Notes under the pieces: generated by a model
Seen by the model: only the letters and a program-made list of their open reading frames with translations
Told to the model about the DNA's origin: nothing
Database searches by the model: none
Position numbers and translations under genes: made by a program
Source of the DNA: Laetmonice hystrix
Taxonomy: Eukaryota
DNA length: 64,000 nt
Direction of reading: 5' to 3'
Assembly: GCA_965235115.1 (NCBI GenBank)
Contig: OZ249445.1
Span: forward strand, 10,044,001 to 10,108,000
Shown: in pieces, positions 25,401 to 37,864 of the stretch
Layout of the letters: each line of letters begins with the position of its first letter
Numbering within the stretch: position 1 is the stretch's first letter

Positions 25401-28400
25401 TTTGTCATTAAAATAATTCAGAATAAATCAGCTTTACAATTTGCTCCCCAATCCTTGCCTAAGCTGTCACCTGCTCTGGTCCCATTACAGCGTCTTTAAC
25501 ACTGATGAATGCCAATCTTTCCCTGCATTTCTGTCTCTACAGGTTTCCTGAGCACAATTAATTCCACCATCAATGCTGGATCCTTTATAATCCCAATTGG
25601 ACTGCAACACTCGTCGACCTTGAACCAAGGTCTTCCAGCATCTCAGGCAACCACCCATACCACACAGATCATTTCATCAGAGCCACTGAAATTTAGATAT
25701 TGTCCCTATACTGTTACCAGTCTCCCTGACCATTTCAGAGCTTCCACTTTATGACACATTGATAACCCATATAAGTTTATGAATTTTAAAAAAGTATTGC
25801 TTACTGACAGTCATAAATGTAATGTATAATGCGCTCACTTCAATTACCCAGAAATGAGCTCACGTTCAGACTGTATGCACAGGGGTACTGTATCGTATTA
25901 AAACACAGCACAACAACCCCTTATTTTCTCCACCAATAAACTCTGTATACATGTACATAAAAAAAATCAACCTAAATTGCCAAAATAGCGCCATTCCAGT
26001 ATCTAGATACAGATACTGAGATAGTGTACAATGTACCTGCTTGCACTTTCTATGTCCAGCCAACTACCCCAGACTGCTAACTCGCCTGTCTGGGCTTTTG
26101 TGACGTTTTCTTGTGCTACTCAAGTAGACAAGGCCGTTACCACTTACCGCCTACCCCACCCAACTGCACTTATACACGGCTCCCAATCATAGTGATGTAG
26201 AGGAAATAAGTTGGTCACGGCTTCTCCACAACTCCATCAATGCACAGCAGTGCGTGAGGAATGTGACCGACACGTGTGTCACGAACTGAAGAGCTGGCCG
26301 AATGTACCTCAGCAACCAAGGCTGATGACCTGTGTCCACTGCCAATGACCACTGGTCATTTATGGTATGCGGCAACCAGCAAAATTTTATATTACCCCCT
26401 CCCTGTCCCCACATACAAGCACCCCCCCCCCCCCCCCAACACACACACCTCCCTCCCTCTGTCTCAGAAAGTGAGAACTTACTAGGGAAGGCAAAATAAG
26501 TGTAGTCCTGACTGTATTGTTTTGGACTTGGAGCCGTAATGTTGCTAAGGACCACACCTAGAAACGACCGCTATTCATGGCTGGACTGATGTTCAAACAT
26601 GCCATAAATAAACCATGGTTCAGCCTGGCTGTAAAAATGAACCACCTTCCCACTTCCTCCTTCACCACCAGGAGCCAGTAGCTGTGAAATACTTTCCTGC
26701 CTCGCCTGATAAAATATAAGTGTCTGTCAGTCTGTGACTTGACAGTTCGACACTAGCATTGACCATCTGAGACTGGCTTTACCCAGTAATATATACAGAC
26801 AAAAGAATATTTCCTCAATGTACATTAGTATTCTACTGCTATTATTTTAAGCGACATACAAACTTCAATCCTTCATGGCCTGATGCAAGGACGTAGTCTC
26901 GAGATTAACCCAATCCGTGGATTTACGCCTATAGTCCTAGTTGCCAAAGTCAGAATTTTCTAGTCTTTTCCCTTTGTTGGAGACTGGCCCTTACTTCGCT
27001 GGACAAGCACAATAGAATTCAGTTAAACATGACTACAAAACCCAACCTTAAATCTAGCCTAGAGTGTAAGTTAAGCCATTCTTGGGATAAACTTCACAAA
27101 ACGTTCTTGCATCCGGCCATCAATGTTTTTCATGCTGTCAGTGTGACCACAACTACCGGCAAGTTTGTTGTTGATCCCCGCCTGTGAACAGACGCATTAT
27201 GCTTTGGCCACTTTTGGTCCATCACTTCCTGATGTCCAACTACAATATAACTATCTGACCCTACTGAATAAGTATCTGATCCATAGTCTGGTAGACAAGA
27301 TAGCCATCTCCATATGCTGGTTATGACTGCAGAATAAGACAAAATATTGCAATATTAGATACAAGTCCTTATCACTTTTCCCCATGAGCGAAATGAAAAA
27401 AAATGGGCCATAGTTCACTGAGAATTGCACTCGGTGGTTGATTCTTTCTCAGATACATCTGCCGCCAACCATGATCCTGACCTCATATCTTTGAATGACC
27501 AATTTTAGAGCTCTTCGTCGACCACTTTCAGATATTCCAGTAATTGCAGACAGCACCTGTCGAAAGTTGCCAGCTGGCTTCAAACGTAATAGTGCATTTT
27601 TTTAAATACAATTTCAGGACCCGAACATTACCAAATCTTGCCAGTAGATCCTGTACATATATAAGAACCATAATTTACTGCCTGCAGATTCCACGCCCCT
27701 TCGTATCCCCACGTTCAAAGGCATCTCCCAATCGCTGGAAATCTGCAGAGCATTGTAAACCGAAGAGAAACCACCGAAGGTTGACAGAATGTCTTGCCAA
27801 AGAAAGTCACTACAGCTATAAGCTTCTACCTTGTCCATGAAAAGGCAACATATGACACCTACTAGGCCAGTAATTACAATTTGCATCAAAAATATGTTTT
27901 ATGGTCCTCCACTGAAATAAACTTCATACAAAAAACATTCAACTGGATCAGCAGATGCAGAGTAAAAAACGTGCATGACCTTAAGAAATCTAGTTGCTAG
28001 GGATAACTGGGCAATTCTGAAGCTGAGGCCTTCATAAATGATAAGTGTTTGCTGAACACTGCTGCCCCATGATAGAAGGGATAATGTAATTTTAGACAAA
28101 GATTCACTAATAAACTCCGTCAACAGGATTTCAGCTTGTGTCAGTTATGGTGGCACAAGATTGTTCAATATGAGACGAGTTTTTTTCAGACACGATTTCA
28201 CACACTCGCGGACACCTAGATGGCCGCTATAGAAGTCCACAATTTTTCATGCATGATCTCTTCCAGCAGGGGAAAAAAAATTTACAACAATTTTTTTCTC
28301 CCTGCCTTATCAGATTTTTTCCAACAAAATTCATTGGAACAAACAATTTTTTAAGGCTGGCCCTAGGTCACATTTAAAATACTCACAACAGTCAATAGAG

Positions 28401-28776
28401 ACAACCATTTTCTAAAGGTCTCCTGATGATGTAACTGATCTATCTCTCCTTGAAAGATATTAGCGAGCGCAGCGAGCTGCAAAGCGGCTCGCAAAGTGAG
28501 CTCTATACCCAAGGAGCTGCATACCGTGCATCGATCGGATATGGAAATCCATGGAGGCTTTGGTGGTATTACGGAGCCGGCAAAATTGGAGCAATCTGAT
28601 TGGCTTAAATGGGGTGCCGGCATAAATATGTCATCCTCCAGAGGGCGCTCCGAGCAAGTAGACCGGAAGTGGCGGCCGGTAAACAAGCCATCCACGCTGC
28701 CACGCTGTTTACAGTCGAGTGCACATGTGCGTTTACGGTCCGGTGCACCTTTTCAAAAGGCTTGGTAGCATATATA

Positions 28777-30888
28777 ATGCCACAATGCTCAGCTCTTGGA
28801 TGTACAAATCAAGGAGGCCATAGGTTCCCCACCAGCAAGCCTAAACTAATGAGGCAATGGGTTGTGGCTGTGAGACGAGAGGAGCCAGGGAAAAGGGGTA
28901 AGCTATGGCGCCCTGGACCAGCTGCAAGAGTCTGCTCGGACCACTTTGATGAAAGAGACTACAAAACAATGAACTTTTACGGTAGGTATTTTTCCAGTAA
29001 TGATGGCAGAATAATAATATTGTAGGCCTATAGATGTTCATTGACTCTGTTATATTGTGAAAAGTGGAATGGTATTAATTAATGAAGTACAGTGGCAATG
29101 TCAGTCTCGGTCACTCAACTATCTTTAGGCTTGATCAAGACTGTGGCAATGTTGGCTGTTGAGTGTTGTCTCGGCCTACGACAGACAGGAAAGTTCAAAC
29201 TGTGTTACAAATATTTCAAGTGTGTATTTCCCCTCCCCCCATTCATTTAGGTAACAAACCAGCCTACAAGCAGCTTAAAGCCGATGCAGTTCCTCATATT
29301 TTTCCGTGCTTGGGGAATAGTGCATCACCAAGTAGCAGTGGTAGGGCTATCCGAGCTCAAAGGAAAGACATAAAAGAAAAAGAGAGAGACAGAGAAGGAC
29401 AAGAAGCATGGCATGACATTGGCATGGAGGAGGAGGTATCGACCACACACGACGAGGAACCTAATGGTACAAATAAGTTTTTATTCTTGTTAAATACATG
29501 GAAAAAACATGTTAATGATCAGCCATTGTGACAAGTTTTTCCACTTTCTCACAACTTGGCACATACACCACAGTAAACAACTGATTTGACAAATGCATTT
29601 AATTGTGATGTAAAGTAGATTCAAATTTTAATTACTATTTACTAAATTCTGCCCACACTTTTTATTAACAGAAATGTACAAGAACACAATGATTATAATT
29701 TTACAAGTTGTATTGCTTGATGTAATAACCGTACAATGCTAAATAACTGTCCAGAGTCTTATCCTGTTATTACTGCCTTCCAAACCATCAATTGTATCAC
29801 TACACTCTATATACTCATGAACCAGAAAAATATATTTTCTATGACTTTACCAGATTTTTGTTCAGGATTTCACGCACCTGCAAGAACTACTATTTTTCGC
29901 TGAAACCCCTCATTTCCTTGTTACAGAATCATACGAAGTACAGGAAAGCCATTCTACTTCTGTAGCTGTTCAGACGGATTCCACTTCAGTGCGTCAGTTG
30001 TACAATGCCAAGAGATTTGATGACGACACTATGCATTTCTATACTGGACTAGAAACTTATGAAAAATTTAGAATGGTGTTGGATAGCCTCGGTCGTGCTG
30101 CTCACGTTCTAGTCTACTACTACGGTGTGGAACCGCCCATCTCAGTTGAAGATCAGTTTTTCTTAACACTTATTAAATTAAGAACTCATCCAACAAACAA
30201 GGAGCTGGGAATATTTTTTGGCCTCAATGAAAAGCAAGTGAGCAACGTTTTCATAACCTGGATAAATTTCATGTTTTGTCAGTGGGAAGAAATCGACTGG
30301 TGGCCTTCACGAAAGTTAATACAGTATTATTTCCCTTCAGACTTTCGTTTAAAATTTCCTGCCACAAGAGTTATTGTTGATGGAACTGAGTTTCCTATAA
30401 AGAAACCCAGACAACCCGTTGCACAGCAAGCCACCTTTTCCACATACAAGAACAGAAATACCATGAAAGTTTTAGTTGGTGCAAGTCCAGGTGGTTTGGT
30501 GACCTATGTCTCACCAGCCTATGGTGGGTCAGCTAGTGACCGACAGATAGTGGAACGGTCAAGTCTCCCCCGCATGTGTGACCCTGGGGATGAAATTATG
30601 GCAGACAAAGGCTTCAACGTTGAGGACATGTTCATTCCATACTATGTTGCTATTAATATCCCTACCTTTTTCAAGAAAAAGAACAGGATGTCAAATGAGA
30701 CTGTCATTAAAGACAGGAAAATAGCAAGCAAAAGGGTCCATATTGAGAGGATTATCGGTTTGGCAAAAACATACAAGATACTTCGTGATCCTATGGTGAA
30801 CATGGAATCGTCTCTTGCATCTCGTATTGTAAGAGTTGTTTTTATTTTATGTAATTTTCGCAAGTGTATTGTACCAGAAAATGCCTAA
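28777..30888 (+). CDS. THAP-HTH-DDE (DDE_Tnp_4/Harbinger-type) transposase, 3 exons, ~460 aa
   Basis: join(28777..28981,29251..29466,29927..30888) = 1383 nt with consistent phases (1,1) and GT-AG ends. THAP motifs CSALGC..FP..W..W..VCSDHF..LKADAVPHIF; HTH FFLTLIKLRTHPTNKELGIFFGLNEKQVS; catalytic VIVDGTE / MADKGF / RVHIERIIG. Confidence 0.92.
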
Positions 30889-30992
30889 CTGCAGTTTAGT
30901 TGTGCCTGTCAAAAAGTCAAAAAGTTTTAACATTAACGAAAATTAAGAAATGTCTAAATATATAGGTTGCAGAAAAGAATATTATGGTCTAA

Positions 30993-33900
30993 CTAAAAGT
31001 ACTGATCATAGAACTTGTAAACATGTTTTTGCAGTAGAGCAGGCCTGAAGTAAGTGTGATAAAAGGTGTTAAGCTTGGTGACCATGTCTGTGATGAACTC
31101 CTCATCTCTTGTTATTTTACATACTTTAAAGTCCTTTAAGGTGAAAACACAAAAGTAGCACATTTTTCTACCTGAGCACAAAAGCTGGCCTTGCACTTGA
31201 TAAAAGTACACGTGATTTCTGTCAAGGGTAAGCCCAGAAGTACACTTCTTTAGATATGGCACAGTGACGTGGTCGATTTGCTTGTCCTTGGCAGTGTACG
31301 GACACTTAACCTCGACAATGACTTCAGAATCAATGACTCTGTCAGGTGATGCTGCCAACCACGGAAAGTTTTCTTTTATGTATAGTCCGCATTCTTGTGT
31401 TTTTCCATGCACCTTTTCGAAATACTCCACAGCGACAGACTCGTATGCTTGCCCATAGCTTGTCGCACGACTCCTAAATTCCTTGGGCGATAGCATTTGA
31501 GTCGCGAGCTTTGCCAAATCCCTTCTTACTGTCGATTTTGCAATGCTTCCAAAATTAGAAGACGTGATTCTTTTGGATCTTTCCACCTTCCACAACTTGT
31601 TTCCTGCCTGTCCACGTGTTTTCTGTTCTATTTCTATAGTGTCAGCCTCTGTGATATGTGATATCTGAATAAAAAAATTATTGTGGATAAGAAACATGTA
31701 TAGGCCTATTCGCAACGACCTTCATTAGTAGATCTAAGACAATATATTCAATGGAACAAAATTTCCATATGAATAGGCAAACTTGCTAGTCCTACCTAAT
31801 TTAGATTTCATGCATTAGTGTATGAGTGTAATGTAACAAAATTAATCTACCAGTAGATATAAAGTCATTCTATTATTTCATATCACTTGCTGTAGCCAGT
31901 AAATCAACCTGATCATAATATTAAGCCTATAAGGCGTGTTAAAAAGTACCTTTTCTCTTTTTAAAAAGGCCTCTTCAGACGACATGTCATAGTCATGCAT
32001 AGTGTTGTAAGCATATGGATCCGCAGGCTGGTAGAGTTGCAGCACAGGCATCTTTCCCTCACCCTGAAAATCAATTTTCATACAAGAATCATTCAGGAAA
32101 ACCTTGAAATAATTTTAATGTCTTCTATTGCAGAGTGGCTATATATAGTAAAATATAGTAAAATTCACAGGTCAAGATTCTGATGTATTTGTTACACTAT
32201 TACAATTCATACTATGTACTAATTTTACCTGGAAATTGAGTACTGTGTTTCTGAAATGGTCTGGATAAGCTGGTTGCTGCCTATAATTCTGGGGTCTTGG
32301 GTCATATTCAAACTTCTGGTTGCGCATTTCTTGGATGTGGCATGCTTTCATTGGGGAACCTTTGTAGGGTTTCGTCTGGTGGAAAGTTTGCAATCTCTGA
32401 AATATAATTTATAACAAGGTGAATAAAATGCGTGTCTATGTTGCTTTCCTTTGAGATATTTAGACTCTAAACATAGATCTATATGAAAAGGCTTATTCCA
32501 ACAAAAGAATTTACTGAGAAAAAGGATAATTTGACCAAAATCATGCAAAACAAGTGGGTTACTTTAAAAAAAAATATATTTCATTGTCCAGAGAAGTATA
32601 GGCTAAATTTACCTGTGTACATGTTTGCTCAGTGATTATGTCTCCCTGAGAAGTAAGGCAGTGTATGCCATACAGAACACAGGCCACATGTTTACAGTGT
32701 GCTGCAGGACCCTGACCAGCCGCACACTCACACTGTGCTTCCTGGATCACCTGGTGGTCATCTACAGCCACATCCACCTTATAGGCTACACTCTTTTTCA
32801 TTTCAGCCCATATGCTTCCAGTTAGGTAGAAAATCCCTTTGGCATTGGTTGGTGACATGCGAACAAATCTGAGGTATCTGTAGGAAGAATACAGTGGCAA
32901 TTATTGAATGTCCCCATCTCAACCATGCAAGTATTTTTTACCAGGAGAGTTGATGACCCAACAGGTGTCATTTTCATATATATATGCAAAATTATGTAAG
33001 TAAAGTTTTTATTTTAATTTTGAAATACACAAGACTGAAACTCTTGCCCACAAAGTTGCATTTCACTGAGAAGATATGAGCTTTGAGATAATAAATGACA
33101 TACCTTTGCTTGTATAATTGTTTGATTTTTTCTTCAAACTCCTTGTCCTGGTTCTTAAGGTATTGTAGAATTCTACACATAGGTAAATCAGGCAGTACAG
33201 AACCTGCATGTACATCACTGTAGGTTGATGGCTCAGGCAAGATCATGTCATACTCGTCCTCCATGTCCTGTTCCCTATTTGTCACCTGCATGATGTCAAG
33301 CGACTCAAGCCTGAATATTGAACAAGAAGAATAAAGTGGTACTTTACTAAAAAAAACATGAGGCAGATGCAGAATTTTCAAGGGAGAATCACTAAAGAGA
33401 CGGGGGGGGGGAGCTAGGAAAAAAATTATGTCTACGACTCTCAGCCAGGTAAACCAAGATTCAGTCAATCTATCAGAGTAAAAAATTTTTTTTCAAAGTG
33501 TAGCTAAAAAAAAAGGATATAAGAATCCATTCAGTCAACTGCTGCCTAACACAAAAATAACAAAAGCACCCTTAGTTAAGTTAGGTGTCTCCAGTTTGAG
33601 TTACACTTTTCCATATTTTTTTAATGACACGAAATAGGCCTAAAATGCCTATAATATACATTTCTACATCTGAGTTCAATAGTTCTACTATTTGTATGTT
33701 GGCACTGAATTAACATGATCGTCTAGATCTAGACTTCTTAGCTGTGCCTATTACTAGTAGAAATGCTACAGAAATATGAAAGTTTGAGTGCAACAAAGCT
33801 AAACTTAAGTGCAACACGTGTGACCCCCTGACCCTGACTGAGAGTGAGACAGCAGCAGCAGCATGATGATGCTAATAATTGCCGTTAATTTACTTACCTT

Positions 33901-33998
33901 TCCAAAAGATCCCTTTTCTTGCCAGAACACTTGATTCTTCTTCTTTTTAGCTCTGCTTGTAGCTGTTTCAACGTCCATGATTTGTACTTTGACGACAT
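30993..33998 (-). CDS. SAP - SWIM zinc finger - YqaJ (lambda-exonuclease-like PD-(D/E)xK) protein, 6 exons, ~508 aa
   Basis: complement(join(30993..31664,31950..32063,32229..32396,32613..32877,33104..33310,33898..33998)) = 1527 nt, all GT-AG and phase-consistent. SAP-like WTLKQLQAELKRRRIKCSGKKRDLLERL; SWIM CECAAGQGPAAHCKHV; YqaJ motifs WLAASPDRVI..VEVKCPY and YFYQVQGQL. Confidence 0.9.
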
Positions 33999-35278
33999 AA
34001 TTTCCACGTTGACACGAGTCCTTTGTCTGCCAAGTCACTCACTCACTGGATGCTGCCGGGAGTGAGCGACAATACGTTCGGTACGCCCGCTTGCAGCGCC
34101 GCGGTGCGGCAAAAATGTGCCGGTACCCCATTGCACTGCATCGAAATTCAAATTTCCCAAACACATGGGAATAGATCTACAATTTCAAAACAGATTCCAA
34201 ACATTTAGTGACTTTTCCATTTGATTCTACCTACTATTCACGTCAAATCGCCTGTCGGAAACGTAACGGCCAATCGCTTCTGTTTACAGCCGCTTGACCG
34301 AAGTGAAAATGGTGGAAAACTTAGCCTGCTAGACTGTGGATTTAGAACCCGGTCTGTTGATTTCCACTGTGACGTCACAATATCAGCAGATGCTTTTTCC
34401 AACTGTGACATGACAATATCACCACGGTCGTCATAAGACGACAATAGGCGTTACTAAGTGACCTGTCACTCCCGGTAACTCGATCGATCCCGGCGCCTGA
34501 CTTGGCAGACACCCATTTCAATATCAATGACTATGGAAAGCTGAAACACTGTGCGCGCCCCTGGGTAGCGCCTGAGTCATATTAGTTGAACCTAATTATT
34601 ACGGGAGTTTTCGATATAATAGAACAATTGCAAACATGTGCTGCCACCAGGATGATGTCATAGACCTGTCAACTTTCCTGTCATACTCATTATATGTCAT
34701 ACTCATAGTCCTGTTTTCAGTTACACCAATGTAATGTACGGTCACAGTCACATTATTAAAAAAAAAGCTAACCGCAAACGGCAAAAACCAAAAGAAGAAA
34801 AAACAGACGCATTTTGTCATATATTAACCTCGGTTAACTTTGGCAACATATGCCCACTACCATGCAGTGTCAGTGACATTCTTTGTCCTGAATGTAGTCA
34901 CTAACACTCTCAGTCTCACTAGTCTCAGCCTCGGCTCCGCCTCAGGCCAGCTGGCTGTCACTGGGATTTCATTCATGATTCACTCGTAATTCACGCATCA
35001 ACACTTCACGCATCATCCGTGTGTGGTTCAAAATACACATCTATCCACAAACACACTACACTAATGATATGAAGCAGTATTACATTTGTTTAAGAACGCC
35101 GCAATCAATGGCAATGAATGAGAGACCATACTGAGTGAATGACACGCGGTTCTTGTTGACGGTGTCACTGACATGACATTCGCGGACGGCGAGCGAGGCC
35201 CGAGCCTCATCTCAGCCCACTGTTGATGTCACATTCTGAGCTAATCGAGCCTGATTAAAATGTCTCAGAATCACCTAC

Positions 35279-35460
35279 CCTGGGAAGAGCCAATCCATTG
35301 TATCTCTGAAGTAGTCTGGTAGCTTGTCCAGGTTTGCGGTTAGCCAACAGCCCCACGGAGACAGCAAGACGCAAACAAAACAATCCCCCTTCGACCGCCA
35401 GTGTGAATTGTCAATATGGCGACCAACACGAACCGCGCATGAGCAATGCGTGCGGAAGTA
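35279..35460 (-). promoter_or_regulatory. CpG-rich promoter with a putative first exon of an unidentified minus-strand gene
   Basis: YY1-like AATATGGCG (35413), NRF1-like GCGCATGAGC (35435), ETS CGGAAGT (35453). Minus-strand ATG at 35298 (MDWLFP) is followed by the donor CAGG|GTAGGT at 35278. No downstream exons were identified. Confidence 0.4.
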
Positions 35461-37201
35461 CTGAATCCTTCCCACAAGACACCTGACATCAACAAACTTT
35501 TGTAAACTTTTGCACGGCCACGTGGTGACCTACTTTTACGCTTTTGCCCCGCCCACTTCTTTCAGATCTCAGATCAGTACATCCTGGGGCTACTGAACCC
35601 GACTGAATTTGATTTTTCAATTGGGACTGCAAAATGCCTTGAAACAATTTTCTGTTATTTTGTAGTCTATACTACTAGATCTAGGCCTTTCACTTATGCC
35701 ATGATTTCTTTTGTTTTGATGAGATGAAGTTATTTAAAAAAAGATGTTTTGATTTGCATAGAATCTATATATTATGTTCTTAAAAGGCATTAAAATTGCA
35801 ATTTTTAAAATTTCTAGAATGTAACAGAGGTCACTTCTAGGCTAGTAATACTGAAGGTACCCCCCCCCCCCCCCCCCGGCATTTCCTTACAAAATCGGAC
35901 ACTTGACTTTGTACTTTACATTTTATTAGGCTATCTCTGCACTACGTGAAATAACAAAGGCAAAACACTTACAAGCATGAGGAATATATAGTTAGAATTT
36001 TATTACCGCATTATTCGCAATCAGACACTCGCATAGGCCTATGTATGCAGCCAGCGGGGCCGCGCCTTGCCACCCTGATGGCAACGAGGTAGTGCCCGCC
36101 CCCTGGTGTCATATATACACACTACGTCAATCAGCCATGGACTCCTCCAGAATGGGTAACATTTGCCGACATACATGCATTTACAAATTTCTGCAGCACT
36201 AACATGGTATAGGATCAACGATCAACACTGCCAATACACTAGAGTACGAGAGTTAAGTCTTTAATTTTTTTTATACAGCTGATTTGTTCCCACCGCATTT
36301 ATCAATCTTAGAAACCTCCGTCACGTATACAATTGAACATAATTCCTGCAAGGTTGGTTTTGAAAAAGAAAGAGAAAATCCACCCCACCCTCCAAGAAAG
36401 AAACCAAACTGTTCTGAACGAAAAGAAGCGACGGACGCATACAGACACGCACATAACTGTTATATGTTCAGATTTGAAGAACCCTATGAAAATTTCCGGG
36501 ATCAGTCAATGTACCATTCCATTCACATGGAGTATTTTGTGTGGGATATATTTTAACCCAACCCTATTCACGATATTTGAAGCACTGGATGGAGATACAA
36601 TAGAGTAGAATAGACATTCTATCATCCCTTCCCCTCCCCATTACTTCCCTGAACAAAAGACCACTCACTTTTCCACCAAAGTGTGTTAGCCAAAGCATCT
36701 ACCGCAGTCTGCAGCACTGGACCACAGAACTCTTTAACAGCACCTTCAGTCACATTAAGTATGTTACATGTAGATAAACTTATAAATAGAAATAACTAGA
36801 GTGTGCATCAGGTCACAGAATCAGATTTCCTGTCATAAATACGGGTATATAACCGTCCCCATCATTCTTACCCCCGCACAATGTAAGTTTATTAAAAGTC
36901 AATGGTAAAACGACTGGTTTTTAATGCCAATGAAAAAAGTCCCCTTTATCATCGCAAATTCAGTACATTTGTATTTATTCAGGTATCTACAGCCGCACGT
37001 AACAAGCACATTAAAGACCACTAACAGAAAAAAAAATCAGAGCATACTGACTTTAATTTAATATGTAACTATATAATATTCTCGCAGAACATTAAAGTAT
37101 CTAAAATTTGGATGCATGAACTTACATGGAATGTAAAATTTGTATAGGTACTGGTAGATCGCGCGATTTAGGCTTTGGTCGAACAAATCCAGATCACAAC
37201 C

Positions 37202-37367
37202 CAGTGGCGTACCAAGAAACTGGACCCAGGGGGGTGCTGGAAATAACCAACCTCGTAGGCGCTGCAAATTGGGAGGGGGCTGTGTGCAACAAGCGCAAAA
37301 AAAGGGGCAAATTGAGGGGGGTGCTTGAGCATCCCAAGCACCCCCCCCCCCCCCGGGGACGCTACTG
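37202..37367. mobile_element. Short MITE with CAGTGGCGT / GACGCTACTG ends
   Basis: Imperfect TIR CAGTGGCGTACC / CAGTAGCGTCC (reverse complement), internal poly-C, and CAACC direct repeats on both flanks. Confidence 0.6.
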
Positions 37368-37819
37368 CAACCCGGTACGTTTGTAAAGCAACATCGGAAA
37401 AGATTTAAACCGAGTATTTTTTAACGATTTCTGACCAGAATACAACCTGAAATATAACAACAGCCTTCAGTAGGTTTCAGTATGAAAAACAACGTGTTTA
37501 CTGAGGAGACTTGGGACGTCACGTGGATCAATTAACCAACATCTGTTACGGAGAAGGCTTACATACGATCTTAGCCTGTCCAAACATCGACCTGCCCAAA
37601 CACTAACAATACAACAAGCTCTAAGTTATAACAGTGGGACCACTTCTCCACATGCAGTAGTCGACCTACGCAACTAGGAACAAAACAAGCAACCACGTTG
37701 TGAGGACCTCAATACAATAAAGCAAAACTTCTATATATCTGTACAATTCTATCAATTCCATCCTTCTTACACCACATCAACAGTTCGTCATCAAAATCTC
37801 CTGTCATATTGCCACCAAG

Positions 37820-37864
37820 AGTATCTGTATTCACAGGGAAAAGTATCTGTATTCACAGGGAAAA
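37820..37864. repeat. 22-bp tandem duplication
   Basis: AGTATCTGTATTCACAGGGAAA twice, starting at 37820 and 37842. Confidence 0.85.

Larger units (their letters stand above)
28611..34129 (+). mobile_element. Full-length autonomous ISL2EU-type (PIF/Harbinger-related) DNA transposon, 5519 bp
   Basis: TIR GGGGTGCCGGCATA (28611) versus GGGGTACCGGCACA (reverse complement, ending 34129), 12/14 identical. AT dinucleotide TSD at 28609-28610 and 34130-34131. Two convergent spliced genes with open frames: DDE transposase and YqaJ nuclease. GG termini, AT TSD and a YqaJ partner gene are the described ISL2EU hallmarks. Confidence 0.88.

Noticed and set aside
25541-25754. Strong plus-strand acceptor followed by an open frame of about 70 codons
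   Set aside because: No upstream plus-strand exon or start was found; the peptide is unrecognisable.
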